Origin: Pristiophorus japonicus
Lineage: Eukaryota
Assembly: GCF_044704955.1 (NCBI RefSeq)
Contig: NC_091984.1
Span: 146,320,001 to 146,384,000 of the forward strand
Reading direction: 5' to 3'
DNA: 64,000 nt
A model generated the notes under the pieces. The model ran no database searches and had not been told where the DNA came from. It saw only the letters and a program-made list of their open reading frames with translations. The position numbers were made by a program, and so were the translations under genes. Positions within the stretch are counted from its first letter, which is position 1; each line of letters begins with the position of its first letter. Of the stretch, positions 12,456 to 25,100 are shown piece after piece.

Positions 12456-13039
12456 CCAGCAAATTTTGCTACTTTACACTCAGTTCCTTCGTCATTAATA
12501 GAGATTGGAAATAATTGAGGCCCCAGCACCGATCCCTGTGGCACCTCACTAGTTACTGTTTGCCAAAGGGAAAATGACCCATTTATCCTGATTCTCTGTT
12601 TTCTGTTAGTTAGCCAATCTTCTATCCATGCTAATATATTACCCCCAACCCCGTGAACTTTTATCTTGTGTCTTTTATGTGGCACCTTATCGAATGCCTT
12701 CTGGAAATCCAAATACACCACATCCATTGGTTCCCCTTTATCCACCCTGCTCGTTACATCCTCAAAGAGTTCCAGCAAATTTGTCAAACATGATTTCCCT
12801 TTCATAAAACCATGCTGACTCTGCTTGATTGAACTACGCTTTTCCAAATGTCCTGCTACTGCTTCCTTAATAATGGACTCCAGCATTTTCCCAACGACAG
12901 ATGTTAGGCTAACTGGTCTATAGTTTCCTGCTTTCTGTCTGCCTCCTTTTTTAAATAGGGACGTTACATTTGCTGTGCGTGCTTTGGAGAGGGCGTTAAA
13001 AGGAGCGGCGACATCCAGAATACCAGATTTTGCCTCAAT

Positions 13040-13460
13040 TCAACAACAACAACCTGTATTTATATAGCACCTTTAACGTAGTGAAACGTCCCAAGGCACT
13101 TCCCAGGAGTAATATGAGATACAAAATTTGACACCGAGTCACATAAGAAATTAGTGTAGGTGGCCAAAGAGGTATGTTTTAAGGATCGTCTTGAAGGAGG
13201 AAAGAGAGGTAGAGAGGCGGAGAGGTTTAGGGAGAGAGTTCCAGAGCTTGGGGTCTCGGCAACAGAAGGCACGGCCACCAATGGTTGAGCGATTATAATC
13301 AGGGATGCTCAGGAGGGAAGAATTGGAGGAGCACAGACATCTCGGGGGGTTGTGGGGCTGGAGGAGATTACAGAGATAGGGAGGGGCGAGGCCATGGAGG
13401 GATTTGAAAACATTGATGAGAATTTAAAAAATCGAGGTATTGCTTAACCGGAAGCTGATG
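13040..13460 (-). mobile_element. L2-like LINE 3' end with (TTG)n tail; longer copy at about 28105-28830
   Basis: TIGGRAFC..PKLWNSLP..L.LSTSLSSFKT.LKT motif in the 28230-28415 copy; CAACAACAAC tail. Confidence 0.7.
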
Positions 13461-15504
13461 ACGGTCTCTACCCTCCCCTTTCCCCCGCCCCCCCGAGCTG
13501 CTCCCAAGCCTCGCTCCCTCCCCTCCCTCACTCCTGCCCTCCTCACACTCCATCCCTCCTTCTCCCTCCACCCAATCCCAACCCTCCCATCCATCACCCT
13601 GCACTCCCTCCCCACCTCCGTGCCCCCCTACCTCACATGCCCCTCCTCCCCCCCCCATCCCCCCGTCCCTCCCAAACTGGAGTAGCCCATTCAGCCCCTC
13701 GAGCCTGCTCCACCATTCAATGAGATCATGGCTGATCATTTATCACAACTCCACTTTCCTGCACTGTCCCCATATCCCTCGATTCCCTTAATATCCAAAA
13801 ATCTATCGATCTCCGTCTTAAATATACTCAACGACTGAGCCTCCACAGCCCTCCGGGGTAAGGAATTCCAACGATTCACTACATTTTCTGAGTGAAGAGG
13901 TTTCTCCTCATCTCAGTCCTAAATGGAGGACCCCTTATTCTGAGACTGTGACCCCTGGTTCTAGACTCCCCAGCCAGAGGAAACATCCTCCCTGCATCTA
14001 CCCTGTCAAGCCCTGTCAGAATTCTGTATGTTTCAATGAGATCCCCTCTCATTCTTCGAAACACTAGAGAGTATAGGTCTAGTCTACTCAATCTCTCCAA
14101 AGGACAATCCCCTATCCCAGATGTCCGTCTGATGTGTCAGCGTGTTTGTCACACGTGACGGAGCAGACAGCAGGAGTTCCACCAGCAACACAGGACGTTA
14201 CCTCAGTGCCCGACCCACTTTCCCCATCCACTTACCACATTCTTACAGGTAAACGGGCTCAGCACCTGCCCTCGGCCGGTGAAATGTCTCCCCTCTACAC
14301 CACAGGCTGCCCGTCATCTTTTCCCCATCTCACTACTGAAGGCACTACCTCTGGCTGGGGCACAGCTCCCCTCCCCAAGTGGGCTCACTGTCCCAGTGTG
14401 AGCCGAGAGACTGAGCTCCCAAGTGGGCTCACTGTCCCAGTGTGAGCCCAGATACTGAGCGTGTCAGGCTAATCGACCATGAGGTTTCAGCCGTGGCTCA
14501 GTCACTAGCACGCTCGTCTCTGAGAAAAGGAAGAAAGACTAGCATTTATATAGCGACTTTCACAACCGCCAGACATCCCAAAATGCTTTACAGCCAATGA
14601 AGTAATTTTTGAAGTGTACTCACTGTCGTAATGTCGGATATGCAGGAGCCAATTTGTGCACAGCAAGCTCCCACAAACTGCAATGTGATGATGACCAAAT
14701 AACCTGTTTTTGTCATGTTGATTGAGGAATAAATATTGGCCAGGACACCGCAGTGGGATTTGAACCCTCAAATTCTGACTCAGAGACTAGGGTGCTACCA
14801 ACCGAGCCACTGGCTGACTCCATTCGGCCCATCTTGTCCGCGCTGGCCGTCAAAGAGCTATCCAGCCTAATCCCACTTTCCAGTTCTAGGTCCGTAGCCC
14901 TGTAGGTTACGGCACTTCAAGTGTCTATCCAAGTACTTCTTAAACCACCCCCACCATCCTCTGGGTCAAGGCATTTCATTGGAACATAACAACATAAGAA
15001 TTAGGAACAGGAGTAGGCCATCTAGCCCCTCGAGCCTGCTCCACCATTCAACAAGATCATGGCTGATCTGGCCGTAGACTCAGCTCCACTTACCCGTCCG
15101 CTTCCCAGAACCCTTAATTGCCTTATTGGTTAAAAATCTATCTATCTGTGATTTGAATACATTCAATGAGCTCGCCTCAACTGTTTCCTTGGGCAGAGAA
15201 TTCCACAGATTCACAACCCTCTGGGAGAAGAAATTCCTTCTCAACTTGGTTTTAAATTGGCTCCCCCATATTTTGAGGCTGTGCCCCCTAGTTCTCGTCT
15301 CCCCGACCAGTGGAAACAACCTCTCTGCCTCTATCTTGTCTATCCCTTTCATTATTTTAAATGTTTCTACAATATCACCCCTCATCCTTCTGAACTCCAA
15401 CGAGTAAAGACCCAGTCTACTCAGTCTATCATCATAAGGTAACCCCCTCATCTCTGGAATCAGCTGAGTGAATCGTCTCTGTACCCCCTCCAAAGCTAGT
15501 ATAT

Positions 15505-16950
15505 ACTTTTTAAAAAAGGAGGGAGAGAGAAAACAGGGAATTATAGACCGGTCAGCCTGACCTCAGTCGTGGGTAAAATGATGGAATCAATTATTAAGGA
15601 TGTCATAGCAGCGCATTTGGAAAATGGTGACATGATAGGTCCAAGTCAGCATGGATTTGTGAAAGGGTAATCATGCTTGACAAATCTTCTGGAATTTTTT
15701 GAGGATGTTTCCAGTAAAGTGGACAAAGGAGAACCAGTTGATGTGGTATATTTGGACTTTCAGAAGGCTTTCGACAAGGTCCCACACAAGAGATTAATGT
15801 GCAAAGTTAAAGCACATGGGATTGGGCGTAGTGTGCTGACGTGGATTGAGAACTGGTTGTCAGACAGGAATCAAAGAGTAGGAGTAAACAGGTACTTTTC
15901 AGAATGGCAGGCAGTGACTAGTGGGGTGCCGCAAGGTTCTGTGCTGGGGCCCCAGCTGTTTACATTGTACATTAATGATTTAGACGAGGGGATTAAATGC
16001 AGTATCTCCAAATTTGCGGATGACACTAAGTTGGGTGGCAGTGTGAGCTGCGAGGAGGATGCTATTAGGCTGCGGAGTGACTTGGATAGGTTAGGTGAGT
16101 GGGCAAATGCATGGCAGATGAAGTATAATGTGGATAAATGTGAGGTTATCCACTTTGGTGGTAAAAACAGAGAGACAGACTATTATCTGAACGGTGACAT
16201 ATTAGGAAAAGGGAAGGTGCAACGAGACCTGGGTGTCATGGTACATCAGTCATTGAAGGTTGGCATGCAGGTACAGCAGGCGGTTCAGAAAGCAAATGGC
16301 ATGTTGGCCTTCATAGCGAGGGGATTTGAGTACAGGGGCAGGGAGGTGTTGCTACAGTTGTACAGGGCCTTGGTGAGGCCACACCTGGAGTATTGTGTAC
16401 AGTTTCGGTCTCCTAACTTGAGGAAGGACATTCTTGCTATTGAGGGAGTGCAGCGAAGATTCACCAGACTGATTCCTGGGATGGTGGGACTGACCTATCA
16501 AGAAAGACTAGATCAACTGGGCTTGTATTCACTGGAGTTCAGAAGAATGAGAGGGGACCTCATGGAAACGTTTAAAATTCTGACGGGTTTAGACAGGTTA
16601 GATGCAGGAAGAATGTTCCCAATGTTGGGGAAGTCCAGAACCAGGGGTCACAGTCTGAGGATAAGGGGTAAGCCATTTAGGACCAAGATGAGGAGAAACT
16701 TTTTCACCTAGAGAGTGGTGAACCTGTGGAATTCTCTACCACAGAAAGTAGTTGAGGCCAATTCATTAAATATATTCAAAAGGGAGTTAGATCAAGTCCT
16801 TACTACTCGGGGGATCAAGGGTTATGGCGAGAAAACAGGAAGGGGGTACTGAAGTTTCATGTTCAGCCATGAACTCATTGAATGGCGGTGCAGGCTAGAA
16901 GGGCTGAATGGCCTGCTCCTGCACCTATTTTCTATGTTTCTATGTTTCTA
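15505..16950 (+). mobile_element. Relatively young CR1 LINE 3' portion with a 344-codon uninterrupted RT reading frame
   Basis: ORF 15677-16711: [31 protein letters not shown]; TTTCTATG tail. Confidence 0.92.
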
Positions 16951-18800
16951 TACTTCCTTAAATAAGGTGACCAAAACTGCACGCAGTACTCCAGATGCGG
17001 CCTCACCAATACCCTGTACATTTGCAGCAGGACCTCCCTGCTTTTGTACTCCATCCCTCTCGCAATGAAGGCCAACATTCCATTCGCCTTCCTGATTACC
17101 TGCTGCACCTGCAAACTAACTTTTTGGGATTCATGTACAAGGACCCCCAGGTCCCTCTGCACCGCAGCATGTTGTAATTTCTCCCCATTCAAATAATATT
17201 TCCTTTTAGTGTTTTTTTTTTCCAAGGTGATGACATCATATTTTCTGACATTGTATTCCATCTGCCAAACCTTAGCCCATTCGCTTAATCTATCTAAATC
17301 TCTTTGCAGCCTCTCTGTGTCCTCTACACAACCCGCTTTCCCACTAATCTTTGTGTCATCTGCAAATTTTGTTACGTTACACTCTGTCCCCTCTTCCAGG
17401 TCATCTATGTACATTGTAAACAGTTGTGGTCCCAGCACCGATCCCTGTGGCACACCACTAACCACTGATTACAACCCAAAAAGAATCCATTTATCCCAAA
17501 TTTCTGCTTTCTGTTAGCCAGCCAATTCTCTATTCATGCTAATACATTTCCTCTGACCCCGCGTACCTTTATCTTCTGCAGTAACCTTTTGTGTGGCACC
17601 TTATTGAATGCCTTTTGGAAATCTAAATACACCACATCCATCGGTACACCTCTATCCACCATGCTCGTTATATCCTCAAAGAATTCCAGTAAATTAGTTA
17701 ACATGATTTCCCCTTCATGAATCCATGTTGCGTCTGCTTGATTGCACTATTCCTATGTAGATGACCCGCTATTTCTTCCTTAATGATAGCTTCAAGCATT
17801 TTCCCACTACAGATGTTAAACTAACCGGCCTATAGTTACCTGCATTTTGTCTGCCCCCTTTTTAAAACAGAGGCGTCACATTAGCTGCTTTCCAATCCGC
17901 TGGTACCTCCCCAGAGTCCAGAGAATTTTGGTAGAGTATAACGAATGCATCTGCTATAACTTCCGCATCTCTTTTAATACCCTGGGATGCATTTCATCAG
18001 GACCAGGGGACTTGTCTACCTTGAGTCCCATTAGCCTGTCTAGCACTACCCCTCTAGTGATAGTGATTGTCTCAAGGTCCTCCGTTCCCACATTCCCATG
18101 ACCAGCAAATTTTGGCATGGTTTTTGTGTCTTCCACTGTGAAGACCGAAGCAAAATAATTGTTTAAGGTCTCAGCCATTTCCACATTTCCCATTATTAAA
18201 TCCCCCTTCTCATCTTCTAAGGGACCAACATTTACTTTAGTCACTCCTTTCCGTTTTATATATCGGTAAAATTTTTTACTATCTGTTTTTATGTTTTGCG
18301 CACGTTTACTTTCGTAATCTATCTTTCCTTTCTTTATTGCTTTCTTAGTCATTCTTTGCTGTCGTTTAAAATGTTCCCAATCTTCTAGTTTCCCACTAAC
18401 CTTGGCCATCTTATACCCATTGGTTTTTAATTTGATACTCTCCTTTATTCCTTGGTTATCCACGGCTGGTTATCCCTTCTCTTCCCGCCCTTCTTTTCAC
18501 TGGAATATATTTTTGTTGAGCACTATGAAAGAGCTCCGTCCAGTCCTCCACTGTTCCTCAATTGTGCCACCGTTTAGTCTGTATTTCCAGTCTACTTTAG
18601 CCAACTCTGCCCTCATCCCACTGTAGTCCCCTTTGTTGAAGCATAGTACGCTCGTTTGAGACACTACTTCCTCACCCTCAATCTATATTACAAAATCAAC
18701 CATACTATGATCACTCATTTCGAGAGGATCTTTTACTTGGAGATCGTTTATTATTCCTGTCTCATTACACAGGACCAGATCTAAGATAGCTTGCTCCCTG
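16951..18800 (-). mobile_element. CR1 LINE ORF2 fragment (its 3' end lies at about 14985-15505)
   Basis: ORFs 16932-17465, 17954-18463 and 15080-15493. Confidence 0.85.
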
Positions 18801-21254
18801 CTCCCTTCCCCTCACACACCCTCGAAACCTCCGACCAATTACTTTAAATCTATGCCCCCTGGTTGTTGACCCCTCTGCTAAGGGAAATAGATACTTCCTA
18901 TCCACTCTATTTCAGCCCCTCATAAGTTTATACACCTCAATAAGGTCTCCCCTCAGCCTCCTCTGTTCCACGGAAAACACCCCCAGCCTATCCAATCTTT
19001 CCTCATGGCTAAAATTTTCCAGTCCAGGCAACATCCTCGTAAATCTGCCGATGTGCAATTGGTTGTAAAGCACCTTGGGATGTCCTGAGGTGGTGAAAGG
19101 CGCTATACAAATTCAAGGCTTTCTTTCATTGAAGTGGGAGGGCCCTGATCCTGACCCTCACCCATTGTCCGCGCACTCTGACCTTCCAGGAGGTCACGGG
19201 ATCATTGGGAGCAGTGACCCTGTCTGACCTCGGTATTTTGAGGCTAATTGTTGCCTCACCCTTGACCTCACCCCGGTGCTGGGCAGCAAGCTTTTAAATA
19301 CAATCTAGAAGCTTCTACACCGTCACCCAACATGAAGCCTTGCTGAAGTGTGTTTATACAAGTGTGCCGCAATATTCCCGGATAAAGTTCTCCCGATCTG
19401 TGTGTGATCTGAGCTTTCTCACTGCTGAGCCTGTTTCCCCTGTATCCACCCATCAACAGTTCGAGCTTCCTGCCAGTGAACAGCGTCTTAACGGGACACT
19501 CAGTCTTTACCGACTCTTACTGTTAACCATTTCAGTGCTGAATGTGTGCCAACCATGCACTGCAGATGTTTATACAATAGGATTTTGAGTATCAGCCATG
19601 GCTCAGTGTGTTGCACTCTTGCCTCTGAGTCAGAAGGTTGTGGGTTCAAGTCCCACTCCAGGGACTTGAGCACAAAAATCTAGGCTGACACTGCAGTGCA
19701 GTGCTGAGGGAGAGCTGCACTGTTGGAGGGGCCGTCTTTTGCATGAGACGTTAAACCGAGGCCCAGTCTGCCCTCTCAGGTGAATGTAAAAGATCCCAGC
19801 GCACGATTTCGAAGAAGAGCAGGGGAGTTCCCCCTGGTGTCCTGGTCAATATTTATCCGTCAAGCAACATGACAGAAGAACACATTATCACCACCCTCTG
19901 AGTGAAGATGTTTATCCTCATCTCAGTTCTAAATGGCTGACCTCTTATTTGGAGACTGTGACCCCTGGTTCTAGACTCCCCAGCCAGACGAAACATCCTC
20001 CCTGTAAAGCCCTGTCAGAATTGTATATGTTTCAATGGGATCCCTTCTCATTCTTCGAAACTCTAGAGAGTATAGGCCTTGGAACTTGCGGAACCAGGCG
20101 GGTAGATGGAGTTCAGATACAGATGAGCAATGATCTGATTGAATGGGGGAACAGGCTCAAGGGGCTGATTGGCCTCCTCCTGTTCATTGTGTCCAGCAGC
20201 AGCTGTGTACCTCTCCGCAACCTCATCTTGACTTTTATCAGTCGCATCAGAGCCTTGATTCCCTCACCAGGGTGCTGGTGTTTCAAGATCAATGTCCAGC
20301 TGATCGATGCCATGAGTCAGACTCAGTGAGCGCTGTCAGAGGATGGAAAGGCTGCTCTAACTGCAGCCTTGTTCTAATGCATTTGGGGCGGGGCAACAAG
20401 GCAAGGGAATATACAATAAATGGGATGGTACTGACAGGGGTGGAGGAACGGAGGGACCTTGGAGTGCATGTCCACAGATCCCTGAAGGTAGCAGGCCAGG
20501 TCGATAAGATGGTTAAAAAGGCATACGGAATACTTGCCTTTATTAGCTGAGGCATTGAATACAAGAGCAGGGAGGTTATGCTTGAACTGTATAAAACACT
20601 AGTTAGGCCACAGCTAGAGTACTGCGTGCAGTCCTGGTCACCACATTACAGGAAAGATGTGATTACAGAGGAGATTCACGAGGATGTTGCCAGAACTGGA
20701 GAATTTTAGCTCTGGGGAAAGATTGGATCTGCTGGGGGTGTTTTCTTTGGAACAGAGGAGGCTGAGGGGAGACCTTATTGAGGTGTGTAAAATGATGAGG
20801 GGCCTAGATAGAGTGGATAGAATGGACCCATTTCCCTTAGCAGAGGGGTCAACAACCAGGGGGCATAGATTTAAAGTAATTGGTGGAAGGTTTAGAGGGG
20901 AGATGAGGAAACAATTCTTCACCCAGAGGGTGGTGGGGGTCTGGAACTCACTGCCTGAAAGGGTGGTAGAGGCAAAAACTCTCACCACATTTAAAAAGTA
21001 CTTGGATGTGCACTTAAAGTGCCGTAACCCACAGGGCTTCGGACCCAGAGCTGGAAAGTGGGATTAGGCTGGGTAGCTCTTTGTTGACCGGCGCGGACAT
21101 GATGGGCCGAAATGGCCTCCTTCCGTCCTGTAATTTTCTGTGATTCTATGATCGTGCTGGTGGTGTTGACCACTTTAAAAGACGCAGCATACATTTTATT
21201 GAAACTATTTCCGTTCCCGGTTTCCCCACTGCCAATAATTGGATCAATTGATGC

Positions 21255-21273
21255 TGCAGCGCCCCCTTGTGGT
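21255..21273 (-). promoter_or_regulatory. Candidate CTCF-binding motif
   Basis: Minus strand ACCACAAGGGGGCGCTGCA, one mismatch to core CCASYAGRKGGCRS, in non-LINE sequence. Confidence 0.5.
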
Positions 21274-21574
21274 ACATCTATCTGTGCTCCACCCAAACCC
21301 CTGCTTGCAACCCATCAACTCACATTGCCTCCGCTTGCTGGAGCCCCGCTCCTTTATCACAGCATCTCACAGCACAGAGGGAGGTCATTCGGCCCATCAA
21401 ACCAGTGCTGGCTCTTTGAAAGAGCTGTGGACTACTATGGCCTGGACTAATGATCCAGAGACACGAGTTCAAATCCCAGCACGGCAGCTGGGGAATTTAA
21501 ATTCAGTTGATTTGGAATAAAAAGCGAGTGTCAGTAATGGTGACCATGAAACTGCCGGATTGTCGCAAAAACCC

Positions 21575-24500
21575 ACCTACCTGGCCTGCTACCTTCAGGG
21601 ATCTGTGGACATGCAAACCAAGGTCCCTTTGTTCCTCTACACCTTTCAGTGTCCTACCATTTAATGTATATTCCCTTGCCTTGATAGACCTCCCCAAATG
21701 CATGACCTCACACTTCTTCGGATTAAATTCCATTTGCCACTGTTCTGCCCACCTGACCATTTCATTGATATCTTTCTGCAATCTGCAGCTCTTTTCTTCA
21801 TTATCAACCACACGACCGATTTTAGTGTCATCTTCAAACTTCTGAATCCTACATTCAAGTCCAAATCATTGATATATACCACAAAAAGTTAGGGACCTAG
21901 TACTGACCTCTGCAGAACCCCACTGGAAACAGCCTTCCAGTCACAAAAACACCCATCAACCATTACCCTTTGCTTCCTGCCTCTGAGCCAATTTTGGATC
22001 CCACTTGCAACTTTGCCCTGGATCTCATGGGCTTTTACCTTCGTGACCAGTCTGCAATGTGGCACCTTATCAAAAGTCTTGCTAAAATCCATATACACTA
22101 CATCAAATGCACTGCCCTCATCGACCCTCCTTATTACTTCTTCGGTGAATTCAATTAAGTTCGTCAGACACGATCTTCCCTGAACAAATCCATCCTGACT
22201 GTCCTTGATTAATCCCTCTATCTTAATGAAGATTTAACCTGTCTCTCAGGAGTTTTTTCCAATAATTTTCCCACCACTGAGGTTAGGCTGACTGGCCTGT
22301 AATTACTCGGTCTATCCCTTTCTCCCTTTTTAAACAAAGATACAATGTTAGCAGTCCTCCAGTCCTCCTGCACCACACCTGTAGCCAGAGAGGATTGGAA
22401 AATGATGGTCAAAGCCTCTGCTATTTCCTCTTTTGATTCTCTTAATAGCCTGGGATACATTTCATCCGGGCCAGGGGATTTATCCACTCTCAAAGCTGCT
22501 AAGCTCCTTAATATTCCTCTCTCACTATGTTTCTTTCATCTCATATTTCCCACTCCTCCTCCCTGATTGCAATGTCTGCATCGCCCCTCTCTTTTGTGAA
22601 AACAGACGCAAAGTGTTCATTAAGAACCAGACCCACGTTTTACGCCTCCACACACAGATTATCTTTATGGTCTCTAATAGGCCCAACTCTTTCTTTAATT
22701 ATCCTCCTGCTCGTAATGTATTTATAAAACATCTTTGGGTTTTCCTTGATTTTACTTGCCAAAATGTTTTCATGCTCTCTCTTTGCTTTCCTAATTTCCT
22801 TTTTAATTGCACCCCTGCACTTTCTATACTCCTCTAAAGTTCCTGCAGTATTGAGCCCTCGATATCTGTCATAAGCCTCCCTTTTTTACTTTATCCTACA
22901 CTGTATTTCCCTTGACATCCAGAGGCCTCTAGATTTGTTAGCCCCACCCTTTTTCTTTAAGGGAACAGACTTACTCTGAAACCACAGGATTTCCTCCTTG
23001 AATGCCTCCCACTGCTCTGACACTGATTTACCTTCAAGTAGCCGTTTCCAGTCCACTTTGGCCAAATCTCATCTCAGCTCAGCAAAATTGGCTTTTCCCC
23101 AACTGAGAACTTTTATTCCTGGTCTCTATCTTTGTCCTTTTCCATAACTACCCTCAATCTAACTGAATTATGATCACTGGCACCAAAATGCTCTCCCACT
23201 GATACCCCTTCCATCTGCCCCTCTTCATCCCCCCAAACCAAGTCCAGAACCATCCCCTCCCTTGTTGGGCTTGTTACAAACTGGCTAAAAAAGTTCTCCT
23301 GAAGGCATTTTAGGAATTCCGCACCCTGTATACCTTTCACACTAATTTTATCCCAGTTAACATTAGGGTAGTTGAAATCCCCTGCTATAACTGCCCTATA
23401 GTTTTTGCACTTGTCAGAAATGGGCCCACATATTTGCTCTTCTCTCTCCCTCTGACTGTTTGGGGGTCTATAGTACACTCCCAGCAGTGTGATTACCCCT
23501 TTTTCGTTCTTCAATTCGACCTATATGGCCTCATTTGATGATCCTTCCGACATATCATCCCTCCTCACAGCTGTAATTGTTTCTTTCAATTGTTTCACAA
23601 CTGCGACCCCCTCCTTTTTTATCCCCCTCTCTATCCCGTCTGAAATCCTGTAACCAGGAATGTTGAGCTGCCATACCTGCCCTTCTTTCAGCCATGTCTC
23701 AGTAATAGCTATAATATCGTACCCCCAAGTGTCTATCTGTGCTCTCAGCTCATCTGCCTTATTCCCTATACTCCATGCATTGAAGTATATACCATTTAGC
23801 ACTGCCAAACTGCCTTGTTGTCTATTTTCTAGGCTTTGTTTCCTCTGTCTTCCAAAATCACTTTCTATTTTTCTGCTTTCCAATTCCAGCTTTGCTTCTC
23901 TTCCCACTGAATCCATTCTCAGGTTCCCATCCCCTGGCAAGCAAGTTTAAACCCTCCCCAAAGGCAATAGCAAATCCCCCCACAACGATATTCGTCCCGG
24001 CTCTGTTGAGGTGCAACCCATCCGGCTTGTACAGGTCCCACCTGCCCCAGAAATGGTCCCAATGCCTCAGGAAACTAAAGCCCTCCCTCCTGCAACATCT
24101 CTCTAGCCATGTAGTCATCTGCTCTACCCTCCTATTTCTGTAGTCACAATTGTGAACTCAAAATAAAGTGTGACGTTAGTCTTTTTTGCAGGCCTGCAGA
24201 GTGCCCCCGCATCCTGTGAAGCCTCCTTAAATACCTGTACTCCCAAGGGATTATGGGATTCCTTGGGACTCCAGGGGATGAGCCCTTTGGTGGCTGTCCA
24301 TAGTAAATACAAGTCCACATATATAACAACTAGCACGTGGCACTGGCAGTAATACGGAGATTCCTACCTTTTGATGTCTTGCTTTTTTATCTCTCTCCTT
24401 GCTCCCCACTCTCCCCCTGTAGGATCTCATCCCTCTTTCTACCTGTGTCGTTGGTACAGATGTGGACCACAACCTCTGGCTGTTCACCCTCCCATCTCAG

Positions 24501-25100
24501 AATGTACTGCAGCCTCTCAGTGACATCCTTGACCCTGGCACCAGTCAGGCAACATATCATCCTGGAGTCACGTCTGCGGCCGCAGAAATGCCTGTCTGTT
24601 CCCCTAACTATCGAATCCCCTACCACTATTGCTCTTCCACTCTTCTTCCTCCCCCCTGTGCAGCTGAGCCACCCGTGGTGCCGTGGACTTGGCTCTGGCT
24701 GCACTTCCTAGAGGAACCATCGCCCCCATCAGTACTCAGAACACAATATTGGTTGGAGAGCGAGATGGACTCGGGGGACTCCTGCACTACCTGCCTGGAC
24801 CTCCTCTTCTGTCTGGTGGTCACCCATTCCCTCTCTGCCTGCACACTCTTAAGCTGCGTGGTGGCCATCTCTAGAAACGTGCTATACATAAAGTTCTCAG
24901 CCTCGCGGATGCACCGCAGTGAATCCAGCCACCACTCAATCTCCAACACGCGGAGCTCGAGTTGCTGTAACTGGTGACACTTCCTGCACATGTGGTCGTC
25001 CAGGCCACGAGAAGCATCCAGGACTTCCCACATGGCACAGGATGTGCTCTCCACGGGACAGAACTGCCCTGCCATGCCTCTATTTAATAGACTGAGAAAT
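21575..25100 (-). mobile_element. Long degenerate CR1 LINE including ORF1 (zinc finger/coiled coil plus SGNH esterase-like) and ORF2 EN/RT
   Basis: CAMWEV...CRKCHQLQQLELRV; AIVVGDSIVRGTDR; DGLHLNRAG; YDIIAITETWL; GVYYRPPN. Confidence 0.88.
24139..24328 (-). mobile_element. Short solo LTR (probably Gypsy-type) inserted in CR1 ORF1
   Basis: Minus strand TGTTATATATG...GACTACA termini; internal TATTTAA; CR1 sequence resumes on both sides. Confidence 0.6.

Larger units (their letters stand above)
13681..19890 (+). repeat. Direct segmental duplicate of C-upstream intron DNA (13681-14975 matches about 1925-3600; 18805-19890 matches about 8300-9390), interrupted by younger CR1 insertions
   Basis: Same order of CR1, unique block, 45-mer, SINE, CR1; near-identical translations of ORFs 14134 vs 2382, 19268 vs 8759 and 19340 vs 8789. 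Confidence 0.9.

Noticed and set aside
15677-16711. 344-aa RT ORF as an active or domesticated gene
   Set aside because: 5'-truncated CR1 copy with stops on both sides; ordinary young LINE fragment
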